From: Bacteroidales bacterium
GTDB taxonomy: Bacteria > Bacteroidota > Bacteroidia > Bacteroidales > UBA12077
Direction of reading: 5' to 3'
Assembly (NCBI GenBank): GCA_028282585.1
Contig: JANQHR010000020.1
Coordinates: 32,001 to 96,000, forward strand
Length of the DNA stretch: 64,000 nucleotides
Below the pieces are notes generated by a model. It had not been told where the DNA came from. It made no database searches and worked only from the letters and a program-made list of their open reading frames with translations. The translations under genes and the position numbers were made by a program. Position 1 is the stretch's first letter. The number at the start of each line of letters is the position of its first letter. Of the stretch, positions 55,020 to 64,000 are shown piece after piece.

Positions 55020-57737
55020 ATGTCAGATGTGAAACGAGTGTATACCTTCGGAGATGGAAAAGCAGAAGGTAAAGCCGACATGAAAAATTTATTAGGTGGC
55101 AAAGGTGCTAACCTTGCCGAGATGAACCTTATTGGAGTTCCTGTTCCTGCAGGATTCACTATTACTACTGAAGTATGTACAGAATATAATCAAAAAGGTA
55201 AAGATGCCGTAGTTGCATTAATGAAAGATGAAGTAGAACAAGCAGTTACCGCTACGGAAAAAGCAATGAATGCTAAATTTGGTTCTACGGGTGAAGCATT
55301 TCCTTTATTAGTATCGGTTCGTTCAGGTGCTCGTGCATCTATGCCAGGTATGATGAATACAGTTCTTAACTTGGGTATGAATGATGATACGGTAAAAATA
55401 GTTGCTGAAAAATCGGGTAACGAAAAATTTGCTTACGATTCTTACCGCCGTTTCATTCATATGTATGGTGACGTTGTTATGGGCGTTGAAGCTGAAGAAG
55501 GTGAACATAACCCATTTGAAGTTGAACTTGACAAATTAAAAGAACAAAAAGGATATAAAGTTGATACGGAATTAACTGTCGAAGACCTTAAAAATCTTGT
55601 AGAATCTTACAAAGCTGTAGTTCGCAAACATGCTGGTGTTGATTTCCCAACAAATCCTTGGGATCAGTTGTGGGGTTCTGTTTGTGCAGTATTTGATTCT
55701 TGGAATACTGAAAGAGCTATTCTTTACAGAAGAATGGAAAATATTCCTGATCACTGGGGAACAGCAGTAAACGTTCAAGCAATGGTTTATGGTAATATGG
55801 GCGAAAACTCTGCAACTGGTGTATGTTTCTCTCGTGATGCTGCTACAGGTGAAGATTTATTCAATGGTGAGTACTTAATTAATGCACAGGGCGAAGACGT
55901 TGTTGCTGGCGTTCGTACTCCACTTGAAATTACTAAAATTGGTTCACAACGTTGGGCTGAGCGTAGCGGTACTTCAGAAGAAAACCGTAAAGCTAATTTC
56001 CTTTCAATGGAAGAAGCTATGCCTGAGCTTTACAATGAATTAAATATAATTCAACAAAAATTAGAAGATCATTACAAAGATATGCAAGACATGGAGTTCA
56101 CCGTACAAGATGGTAAACTTTGGATGTTGCAAACTCGTAATGGAAAACGTACTGGTGCTGCCATGGTAAAAATGGCGGTTGATATGTTAGAAGAAGGATT
56201 GATTGATGAGAAAACAGCAATCTTACGCCAGGAACCTAATAAATTAGATGAACTTCTACATCCGGTATTTGATGGTGATGCTCTTGCTGCTGCTAAAGAA
56301 CTTTCCAAAGGGCTTCCTGCTTCTCCAGGTGCTGCTACAGGACAAGTTGTATTTTCTGCATCTGCTGCTGAAGAATGGGCTGCTGATGGTAAAAAAGTAA
56401 TCTTAGTACGCCGTGAAACTTCTCCGGAAGATTTAAAAGGTATGTATGCTGCTGAAGGTATTCTTACCGAACGTGGTGGCATGACCTCACATGCTGCAGT
56501 AGTTGCCCGTGGTATGGGTAAATGTTGTATATCTTCTGCTGCTGGCTTAATAGTAAGTGGTAATTCTATGACAATTAATGGAGTTGAATATAAAGAAGGT
56601 GATTTCATTTCATTAAATGGTACAACCGGAACTGTTTACGAAGGTAAAGTTGCTACAATTACTCCATCATTGCATGGAGATTTTGGTAAAGTAATGGATA
56701 TGGCTGAGAGAAATACAAAAATGTATGTAAGAACTAATGCTGATACTCCTGCGGATGCACAAACTGCCCGTGATTTTGGAGCTAAAGGGATTGGATTATG
56801 CCGTACAGAACACATGTTCTTCGAAGGTGACCGCATCTGGAAAATGCGTGAAATGATTCTGGCTGAAGATACTGTAGGTCGTGAAGCTGCATTAGCGAAA
56901 TTATTACCAATCCAACGTGAAGATTTCTACGGAATTCTTAAAGCCATGGACGGATTCGGAGTAACAATCCGTTTACTTGACCCACCATTGCATGAGTTTA
57001 CTCCAAATGATTTAGAGTCTCAAAAAGAGATGGCTGAAAAATTAGGTGTTGATGTGAAAGTAGTTACTGAAAAAGTAGAATCATTACACGAATTCAACCC
57101 AATGTTAGGTCACCGTGGCTGCCGTTTAGGAAATACTTATCCGGAAATCACTGTGATGCAAGCTCGCGCTATCATTGAAGCTGCTTGTGATCTTAAGAAA
57201 GAAGGGTTAGACCCTAAACCTGAAATTATGGTTCCATTAATTGGTACTGTTAAAGAACTTAAGATGCAGGAAGAAATTATTCGTGAGACTGCAGCTAAAG
57301 TTTTTGAAGAAAAAGGAATGGAAGTTGACTACATGGTAGGTACAATGATTGAAATTCCACGTGCTGCATTAACTGCAAACGAAGTAGCTGAAGTAGCTGA
57401 ATTCTTTTCTTTTGGTACAAATGATTTAACCCAGATGACTTTTGGATACTCTCGTGATGATGCTGGTAAATTCTTACCAATCTACATCGAAAAAGGTATC
57501 CTTAAGCATGACCCATTCCAGGCTCTTGACCAAACAGGTGTTGGGCAATTAGTTGAAATGGCATGTGAAAAAGGTAAAGCAACTCGTTCAGATATTAAAT
57601 TAGGTATTTGTGGCGAACATGGTGGTGAGCCAACGTCCGTTGAATTCTGTCACAGAACAGGGCTAGATTACGTATCTTGTTCTCCATTTAGAGTCCCAAT
57701 TGCAAGGTTAGCAGCCGCACAAGCTGCTCTAAGATAA
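55020..57737 (+). CDS. ppdK: Pyruvate, phosphate dikinase
   Basis: LLGGKGANLAEM, SVRSGA, GGMTSHAAVVARG, GIGLCRTEHMF, SFGTNDLTQ and GICGEHGG; codon bias typical of high expression. Confidence 0.98.
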   Translation: MSDVKRVYTFGDGKAEGKADMKNLLGGKGANLAEMNLIGVPVPAGFTITTEVCTEYNQKGKDAVVALMKDEVEQAVTATEKAMNAKFGSTGEAFPLLVSVRSGARASMPGMMNTVLNLGMNDDTVKIVAEKSGNEKFAYDSYRRFIHMYGDVVMGVEAEEGEHNPFEVELDKLKEQKGYKVDTELTVEDLKNLVESYKAVVRKHAGVDFPTNPWDQLWGSVCAVFDSWNTERAILYRRMENIPDHWGTAVNVQAMVYGNMGENSATGVCFSRDAATGEDLFNGEYLINAQGEDVVAGVRTPLEITKIGSQRWAERSGTSEENRKANFLSMEEAMPELYNELNIIQQKLEDHYKDMQDMEFTVQDGKLWMLQTRNGKRTGAAMVKMAVDMLEEGLIDEKTAILRQEPNKLDELLHPVFDGDALAAAKELSKGLPASPGAATGQVVFSASAAEEWAADGKKVILVRRETSPEDLKGMYAAEGILTERGGMTSHAAVVARGMGKCCISSAAGLIVSGNSMTINGVEYKEGDFISLNGTTGTVYEGKVATITPSLHGDFGKVMDMAERNTKMYVRTNADTPADAQTARDFGAKGIGLCRTEHMFFEGDRIWKMREMILAEDTVGREAALAKLLPIQREDFYGILKAMDGFGVTIRLLDPPLHEFTPNDLESQKEMAEKLGVDVKVVTEKVESLHEFNPMLGHRGCRLGNTYPEITVMQARAIIEAACDLKKEGLDPKPEIMVPLIGTVKELKMQEEIIRETAAKVFEEKGMEVDYMVGTMIEIPRAALTANEVAEVAEFFSFGTNDLTQMTFGYSRDDAGKFLPIYIEKGILKHDPFQALDQTGVGQLVEMACEKGKATRSDIKLGICGEHGGEPTSVEFCHRTGLDYVSCSPFRVPIARLAAAQAALR

Positions 57738-57762
57738 GAATTAATCATTCTTAAATATTTCG

Positions 57763-57800
57763 AAAGCTGTCCCTACTATAACAATCGGGACGGCTTTTTT
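57763..57800 (+). terminator. Intrinsic terminator after ppdK
   Basis: AAAGCTGTCCC/GGGACGGCTTT stem, ending in T6. Confidence 0.85.
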
Positions 57801-58168
57801 AATTAAAATATATCAAATACTCCTCTTTTTCTGTGTTACTATACAAAGAAAAAGTTAGCATGAACTTAAAATTCAGTAAACAACTCTATAATTAAAAGGC
57901 TTAAGATTACTTAAGTACTATCTAGCCCGAGATTTCTTCGATTTTAACTTTGATTTCTTTAGTACAGAAAATTAAGCGATGGCACGGTAAAAAGGATGAT
58001 TACAAATCAAAATTTTAAGGGTAAATATTGAAGAATCAGTATAGTTTAACATGACGTATTCATAAAATATTAAATTTCCAATATTTAGGAATAGTTAAGG
58101 TTAAGCCTGACTGTGGAAAATCAAAGATTTACTTTAATTCACTCTTTGATTTCTCCTACGTGAGCAGC

Positions 58169-58216
58169 ATTATTCATGAATAATACGGATTAAATATTAA
58201 TAATTTGTTAAATTTG
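58169..58216 (+). promoter_or_regulatory. Perfect 16-bp palindrome overlapping the presumed pckA promoter
   Basis: ATTATTCATGAATAAT (58169-58184); -7 element TAAATTTG (58209-58216). Confidence 0.45.
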
Positions 58217-58246
58217 CCGTTTATTTTACACACATCACTTTAAATT

Positions 58247-59911
58247 ATGGACACAGCTATATTAGAATCATCTTTTAATCAATCAATTATCGACATTGTC
58301 GAAGGGCATGATAATGTGTTGGTAAACCTGGATAGAAGGAAGCTTATCCAGGAAGTTTTGCATAACAGGGAGGCAATGGCTTCAAAAAACGGTGCATTGG
58401 CCACATGGACCGAACCGGAATCTACAGGAAGAAGACCACTTGATACTTACGTTGTAAAGAGAGATACAAGCGCAAAAAATATTGACTGGTCATCACCAAA
58501 TAACATACCGATCAAAGAAGATGTCTTTGATATGGTGTTTTCCGATGCTTTGGATTTGTTAGTTCGCAAAGAAAAGATTTATATAACCGACAGAGTAATT
58601 GGTGCTGATTCCAAATATGCTTTACCTGTAAGAACCATAACAAGCCAGGCACTTACAGCATTATTTACTGATAATATGTTTCGTGAAGTACCAAACGATA
58701 TAAAAAAAAGTGATTTTTACGAACGTGGTTTTCAATTATTAACCGTTCCATTTGATAAATTAAACAGTATAAAATATAAGAGTCTTCTAAGAATTCTTCC
58801 TAATGGCGATACTTCGGATATTGCTGTTATTATGGACTTTGACCGTCGTTTAGGTGTAATTGTCGGTTCATCATACTTAGGAAGTGTTAAAAAGTTAATG
58901 TTTACTGTAATGAACTATTACCTCCCGTTTGGTGGGGTTCTTCCATTGCATTGTTCAGCAAACGAAGGCAAAGATGGTAATACAGCATTACTTTTGGGGT
59001 TATCAGGAACTGGTAAAACAACTTTATCTGCAGACCCGGAAAGATCACTTTTAGGTGACGACGAGCATGGCTGGAGTGCAGATGGGATAGCTAATTTCGA
59101 AAATGGATGTTATGCTAAAATGCTGGATATTAATCCTGATAAAGAACCTGAAATCTATAATGCAGTTATGCACAATGATGACCCATTAAACCATGGTGCT
59201 ATTATTGAAAATGCCATGGTTTACCCAACTGGTGAGTTTGATTTTAGTGATAAACGTTTTACAGAAAATTCAAGGGCATCTTACCCATTAAAATTCTTAA
59301 AAAATATTAAGGAAAGTTCTATTTCAGGGCACCCAACAACTATACTATTTTTAACTGCCGATGCCTACGGAGTATTACCTCCAATTTCAAAACTAGACCC
59401 AAATCAGGCAAAGTTATGGTTTTTAATGGGATACACCAGTAAATTGGCGGGCACCGAAACCGGGGTCACTGAACCTCAGGCTACGTTCTCAAGATTCTTT
59501 GGACAGCCATTTATGCCATTAAATCCCGAATTTTACTCAACTATGTTGGGAGAAAAAATGAAACTATTTAATACCAAGGTATACCTAGTAAATACAGGCT
59601 GGTTTGGAGGTTCATTCGGTATAGGTAAGCGAATCGACCTTAAATTAACTCGTGCCATGGTAAATGCTGCCTTGAATGGAGATTTAGAAGATGTGGAATA
59701 TATGTACGATGAATTGTTTCATTTAAATGTTCCGAAAACTTGCCCCGGTATTCCTAATAAAATCTTGAATCCAGTAAACATGTGGATCGAAAAAGAAGAC
59801 TATACATTAACTGCAACCCGTCTGGCTAATAAGTTTAGTGACGCATTTGATAAAGCTTATGGTGAAAAGAAAATCGATGAAGAAGTAAGAAATGTTTGCC
59901 CGGGAAAATAA
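58247..59911 (+). CDS. pckA: Phosphoenolpyruvate carboxykinase (ATP)
   Basis: LHCSAN, GLSGTGKTTLSAD, GDDEHGW, NFENGCYAK, TENSRASYP and YLVNTGW. Confidence 0.95.
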   Translation: MDTAILESSFNQSIIDIVEGHDNVLVNLDRRKLIQEVLHNREAMASKNGALATWTEPESTGRRPLDTYVVKRDTSAKNIDWSSPNNIPIKEDVFDMVFSDALDLLVRKEKIYITDRVIGADSKYALPVRTITSQALTALFTDNMFREVPNDIKKSDFYERGFQLLTVPFDKLNSIKYKSLLRILPNGDTSDIAVIMDFDRRLGVIVGSSYLGSVKKLMFTVMNYYLPFGGVLPLHCSANEGKDGNTALLLGLSGTGKTTLSADPERSLLGDDEHGWSADGIANFENGCYAKMLDINPDKEPEIYNAVMHNDDPLNHGAIIENAMVYPTGEFDFSDKRFTENSRASYPLKFLKNIKESSISGHPTTILFLTADAYGVLPPISKLDPNQAKLWFLMGYTSKLAGTETGVTEPQATFSRFFGQPFMPLNPEFYSTMLGEKMKLFNTKVYLVNTGWFGGSFGIGKRIDLKLTRAMVNAALNGDLEDVEYMYDELFHLNVPKTCPGIPNKILNPVNMWIEKEDYTLTATRLANKFSDAFDKAYGEKKIDEEVRNVCPGK

Positions 59912-59940
59912 TTTTAAGAGTTAGCAATTTGATATATCTA

Positions 59941-59974
59941 TTAACCGTCTTTATACTACTTTAAGGGCGGTTAA
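59941..59974 (+). terminator. Hairpin after pckA, probable terminator
   Basis: TTAACCGTCTTTA/TAAGGGCGGTTAA; the U-tract is weak. Confidence 0.6.
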
Positions 59975-60060
59975 CCATTTTTAACACGAGTAAAAACCTT
60001 GATTTCTTTGATGCTTCATAAATTATTTGTTATTTTGGCTGACTTTAAAAATGTCCATAT

Positions 60061-60723
60061 ATGCATATTGTAGTAAATATAATTATTACAATCGTAGCTT
60101 ACCTTTTAGGATCAATACCCACATCAGTGTGGATTAGCAGAGCTTTTTTCGATATTGATATCCGTGAACATGGAAGTGGTAATGCGGGAGCAACTAATAC
60201 TTTCAGGGTTTTGGGCGTAAAAGCCGGCTTGGTGGTTTTTGCCGTTGATATTTTAAAAGGTTTTGCTGCTGTTAATTTAATACACTTTACCAATTATTAT
60301 ATACCTCACAGTGGAGATTATATTAATATTCAATTATTATTAGGAATAGCTGCAATGCTTGGTCATATATTCCCTGTTTATGTGGGCTTTAAAGGAGGAA
60401 AAGGTGTTGCTACTTTATTTGGTGTAATTTGCGCCATAAGCTTCTATCCTACCTTAATAATGGCAGGAATTTTTTCTACTACCCTCATTATAACTCGTTA
60501 TGTTTCAGTAAGCTCTATGGTATCAGGACTATCATTTCCTGTTCTGATCATAATTGTTTTTAAGGAAACGACCCCATCTTTAGTGATTTTTTCTTTAATT
60601 ATGGCTATTTTGATGCTATTTACTCACCAAAAGAACATTGAACGATTATTAAAAAAAGAAGAAAAGAAAGCCAATTTAAAGATCAAGAAAAAGTCGAGAC
60701 CTCAAGTTATAGAAGACGCATAA
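60061..60723 (+). CDS. plsY: Glycerol-3-phosphate acyltransferase
   Basis: YLLGSIP, GSGNAGATN, DILKG, GHIFP, FKGGKGVAT and HQKNIERL. Confidence 0.95.
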   Translation: MHIVVNIIITIVAYLLGSIPTSVWISRAFFDIDIREHGSGNAGATNTFRVLGVKAGLVVFAVDILKGFAAVNLIHFTNYYIPHSGDYINIQLLLGIAAMLGHIFPVYVGFKGGKGVATLFGVICAISFYPTLIMAGIFSTTLIITRYVSVSSMVSGLSFPVLIIIVFKETTPSLVIFSLIMAILMLFTHQKNIERLLKKEEKKANLKIKKKSRPQVIEDA

Positions 60724-60724
60724 T

Positions 60725-61456
60725 TTAAAGCAACCGTTTTTTATCAATACGCTGAATTAGATCTGCCTTTAATGTTTTACTTACCGGAACTCTTGTTTTG
60801 GAATCCATTATAAGTTGGTTACCTTCAATTCCTTCAATTTTTTCAAAATTAACAATAAAGGATTTATGGCATTTAAAAAAGTCATCACGTGGCAAAATCT
60901 TAAGTAAGGATGATAAACTCATTAAAGAAACTACCTTTTTATCAGTTAAATGAAACTTGACGTATTTCTGTATGCTTTCAATATATATAATATCATCAAA
61001 ACGAATTTTAACAGCCTTATAATCTGACCTCACAAATATATAATCCCCTTTTGTTCTTATGTCTTGATCATTTTGATTTTCTCCGATTTGCTTAGTTTTC
61101 AAAGAATCAAGAACTTTTGAAATAGCTTTAAAGAAACGATCAAAACGAACCGGTTTTAACAAATAATCAACAACATTTAGCTCATAGCTTTCCAATGCGT
61201 ATTCCGAATAAGCAGTTGTTAAAATAGTATATGGCGGGTCGTTTAATGATTTTAACAATTCCAAACCAGTCAAATCAGGCATTTCAATGTCTAGAAACAT
61301 AATGTCAACTTCCTGCTCATTCAAAACTCCCATTGCTTCCATGGCAGTATGGCATTTTGCAACAACCTTTACATTTGGTATTTTAGCTAAATGTGTTTCA
61401 ACCAATTCCTGTGCTAAAGTCTCATCGTCTACAATTATACATGTATAAGTTTTCAT
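60725..61456 (-). CDS. LytTR-family response regulator
   Basis: REC domain (VDDE, FLDIEMP, YLLKP) plus LytTR domain (HKSFIVN, VPVS). Confidence 0.93.
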   Translation of the reverse strand: MKTYTCIIVDDETLAQELVETHLAKIPNVKVVAKCHTAMEAMGVLNEQEVDIMFLDIEMPDLTGLELLKSLNDPPYTILTTAYSEYALESYELNVVDYLLKPVRFDRFFKAISKVLDSLKTKQIGENQNDQDIRTKGDYIFVRSDYKAVKIRFDDIIYIESIQKYVKFHLTDKKVVSLMSLSSLLKILPRDDFFKCHKSFIVNFEKIEGIEGNQLIMDSKTRVPVSKTLKADLIQRIDKKRLL

Positions 61457-62439
61457 ATAGCTATATTTATTATCAAGGCAACTTTATAAACTCCTGTCAT
61501 TTCCTCAATAACTAATTTATGTTTATCAGGGTAATAATGTTGTAATTGTTTTTCAAGATTTATTAAACCTATGCCCCCTGATTCTTTTTTAGACTTTAAG
61601 AATGAATTTTCCGCGGTAAAACTCATTCTATATTCATCTACATCAAGGTTAATCCTTAAAAAACCGTTTGCATTATAACCAATGTCACTATGTTTAAAAC
61701 AATTTTCAACAATAGTGATAAGTAATAACGGAACTATTTTATGTAAACTATTTACACCATTAATTGATACACTAATGTTCTTTTCTGCTTTCAGTTTTTT
61801 AAGTAATTGTAAATCTATATAATTATTTAAAAGCTCTACTTCTCTCTCAAGTGCTACAAACTGGTTTTTTCCTTCATAAATTATATATCTTAATATATCT
61901 GATAGTTTTTCAATCATTACCGGAGCATTATCGTTCTTAACAACACTTAATGAATAAATATTATTTAATGAATTAAATAAAAAATGCGGGCTAACCTGTG
62001 ATTTTAGCAATAACAATTCAGCCTGTAACTTTTCATTTTGCAACTCTAAGCGATTTTGTTTTTCATCCCGGTATAACATAAAATACCAGTACAGGTATGA
62101 TATCAAAATAAACATTAAATAGTTTAGTGAAAACGTTACCATATTTCCCCACTTTGAACCTCCTAATAAATAATCATCTAAATCAGTAAATGAATATAAA
62201 GTGTAGAAAATCACTAAAAATGAAATAAGACCTAACAAATATGCAAGATTACCATTTTTTAGTAACTTAGGAATTAAAAGGAATAAGTTAACATAAGCTA
62301 TAATAAGGTAAACGGATATTTCTACAAACGTTAAAAAAAAAGCTAATACAATATCGTAGTAATCTGTCATATAATCAAATATGAAAAAGTATACAAAAAC
62401 CCAGAATATGATATGATATATAGCCTTGATCTTTTGCAT
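61453..62439 (-). CDS. LytS-like sensor histidine kinase
   Basis: TM region, LKSQVSPHFLFNSLNNIY, IVENCFKH and GIGLIN. Confidence 0.92.
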   Translation of the reverse strand: MQKIKAIYHIIFWVFVYFFIFDYMTDYYDIVLAFFLTFVEISVYLIIAYVNLFLLIPKLLKNGNLAYLLGLISFLVIFYTLYSFTDLDDYLLGGSKWGNMVTFSLNYLMFILISYLYWYFMLYRDEKQNRLELQNEKLQAELLLLKSQVSPHFLFNSLNNIYSLSVVKNDNAPVMIEKLSDILRYIIYEGKNQFVALEREVELLNNYIDLQLLKKLKAEKNISVSINGVNSLHKIVPLLLITIVENCFKHSDIGYNANGFLRINLDVDEYRMSFTAENSFLKSKKESGGIGLINLEKQLQHYYPDKHKLVIEEMTGVYKVALIINIAI

Positions 62440-62669
62440 TGTAGTTTTATATTAACAATTCAAAAATAAAGTAAATATTATTCAAAAGTAAAGCTTAGCT
62501 CTCATATGCACATTTATGGGAACCAAGTATCGATTTTTATCCACATTCCCAAAATTCATTATATCAATCCTAAAATCAGCTACTTGGTTGAAAAGAATTT
62601 TATATCGTTTTAATACCTCATACTTTAGCACGTAATAACAAATCTGGTTTTGAATTAAAGTAGAAATTG

Positions 62670-63701
62670 ATGAAAAAGATATTTTACAGTCTTATATCTA
62701 TTCTTATGGTAAGTGTAATTATAGCATGTGAAAAGGAAGATTTAACTTCCTTTGATTTAAATAGCATACCAAAAAATAAGAATGCAAGGGTTCCTGCTGA
62801 ATGGGAAGCTCATGAGGCTATCTGGATGCAATGGCCTAATGAACATGATGACGGTATGCGACCCGCTTTTGCAGAAATTATCAAAATTATTAAGCAGTAT
62901 GAACCTGTACATTTAATTGCAAACACCGAAGCAGAAAAAGCTGAGGCTATAAAGTTCTTAATTGATAATAATGTTAATGAAGATAATATCACATGGCATA
63001 TATATCCTATTGACAATTGTTGGTTACGAGATAACGGGCCTATTTATGTAACAGATGGTTCAAAAACCTGGATTCAAAACTGGAAATTCGATGGTTGGGG
63101 TAGCAGTTTTGGTGGTAATATTTCATATGTTAACGATAACAAAATTCCGTCAAAAATAGCTGATTATCTAAACCTTGAAGTTCAAAATATACAAAGCTAC
63201 ATTCTTGAAAAAGGTAATATAGAAGTTAATGGTGCAGGCACACTTTTAATTAATTGGAGTTGTCAAAAGCATAGAAATCCTCACATTTCACAAGAAAATC
63301 AGGAAACAATTCTTAAAAATACGTTAGGTGTAACAAAAATAATATGGGCATATGGGTATTGGAAAGACGATGGAACAGTAGGACACATTGACGGAACAGC
63401 TCGATTTGTTAATGAAAACACCATTTTTATTGCAGATTATGACTCGGATCTTGAAAATAACCTGGCTCGGGTGTGCAAAGAGGAAGGAATGGAAGTTATT
63501 ATGTACCCTGGCGATCCTAACTGGCTAGTAGGCAATGGGCTTGTAGTTGCTATGGGTGATGAAGAAAACAATGAAACCTTAAAAACGCTACTTGAAACCT
63601 ATTTTCCTGGTCGAAATGTTTACATGATCGACGGCACAGAAATAGCTAAAAATGGCGGTGGAATACATTGTGTAACGAACGACCAACCCGCAATTCTATA
63701 A
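62670..63701 (+). CDS. Agmatine/peptidylarginine deiminase-family lipoprotein
   Basis: Lipobox IIAC; RVPAEW, WLRDNGP, GHIDG and GGGIHCVT. Confidence 0.88.
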   Translation: MKKIFYSLISILMVSVIIACEKEDLTSFDLNSIPKNKNARVPAEWEAHEAIWMQWPNEHDDGMRPAFAEIIKIIKQYEPVHLIANTEAEKAEAIKFLIDNNVNEDNITWHIYPIDNCWLRDNGPIYVTDGSKTWIQNWKFDGWGSSFGGNISYVNDNKIPSKIADYLNLEVQNIQSYILEKGNIEVNGAGTLLINWSCQKHRNPHISQENQETILKNTLGVTKIIWAYGYWKDDGTVGHIDGTARFVNENTIFIADYDSDLENNLARVCKEEGMEVIMYPGDPNWLVGNGLVVAMGDEENNETLKTLLETYFPGRNVYMIDGTEIAKNGGGIHCVTNDQPAIL

Positions 63702-63711
63702 CATAATTTAC

Positions 63712-63742
63712 AAGGAACTATCAACTTGAGATAGCTCCTTTT
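63712..63742 (+). terminator. Intrinsic terminator after the deiminase
   Basis: AAGGAACTATC/GATAGCTCCTT stem (one mismatch) with a short T run. Confidence 0.6.
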
Positions 63743-63759
63743 CACTAAAACATATAAAT

Positions 63760-63948
63760 ATGATACAAGAAATTATCTCAACAAAATCCGTAAAAAATAT
63801 CAGATATTCTGATGGAAAGGATCATTCAAATCTTGAAACAAACAACAACTTATATCCTAACCACAGATGTGTTAATTGCAACGGAACAAATATTACTATA
63901 ACTAACACTAAGGACATTTGTCACGATTGTAAGTATGTTTATAGTTAA
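63760..63948 (+). CDS. Small putative zinc-ribbon protein
   Basis: CVNC-x14-CHDC at the C-terminus; A-rich ATG context. Confidence 0.5.
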   Translation: MIQEIISTKSVKNIRYSDGKDHSNLETNNNLYPNHRCVNCNGTNITITNTKDICHDCKYVYS

Positions 63949-64000
63949 CGTAAACTGTATTTTGTTAATTTATTTTTGAACGTTTACCTCATCAAGCAGC

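Noticed and set aside
56072-56836. Long antisense ORFs inside ppdK, and similar ones inside the subtilase, permeases, pyk and selD
   Set aside because: They are shadows of codon bias in the real genes and show no recognisable protein features.
57980-57994. TGGCACG as a sigma-54 -24 box upstream of pckA
   Set aside because: There is no TTGC-like -12 element at the required spacing, and a normal -7 element lies nearer the gene.
62440-62666. LytTR direct-repeat binding sites upstream of the deiminase
   Set aside because: The candidate half-sites are too degenerate and unevenly spaced to call by eye.

Overview
An AT-rich (~30% GC by eye) chromosomal window from a Bacteroidota bacterium, probably a Bacteroidales/Marinilabiliales-like lineage. 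The evidence is TAnnTTTG -7 promoters, mostly SD-less A/T-rich starts, T9SS type A and B C-terminal signals, and the divergent aroQ/xerD pair. It carries about 42 CDS. Housekeeping and metabolic genes include aroC, aroQ, nth, an ABC-F ATPase, xerD, pyk, ppdK, pckA, putP and plsY. Signalling genes include a propeller-SpoIIE phosphatase, a TPR-histidine kinase, an NtrC-type pair, a LytS/LytTR pair and a TPR-PrsW protease. There are also two MacB/FtsX permeases, a GT-C/methyltransferase/MTase-GT2 cluster and several exported proteins, including a 3077-aa T9SS subtilase, a metacaspase and a lipoprotein deiminase. I saw no rRNA, tRNA, CRISPR array, prophage or IS element. The best leads are: (1) a selenocysteine-lyase-like NifS fused to SelD with no selenium-utilisation genes nearby; (2) a ~130-nt three-way-junction RNA candidate followed by a 12-codon uORF ending IRADPF, both in the leader of the giant subtilase; (3) sigma-54-like promoters with helically phased enhancer boxes and rare Shine-Dalgarno sequences upstream of hsp20 and the permeases; (4) a collapsed peptidase-S74 fibre pseudogene upstream of an intact fibre-like gene with a different C-terminus. 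All calls come from reading motifs by eye; no searches or folding programs were run.
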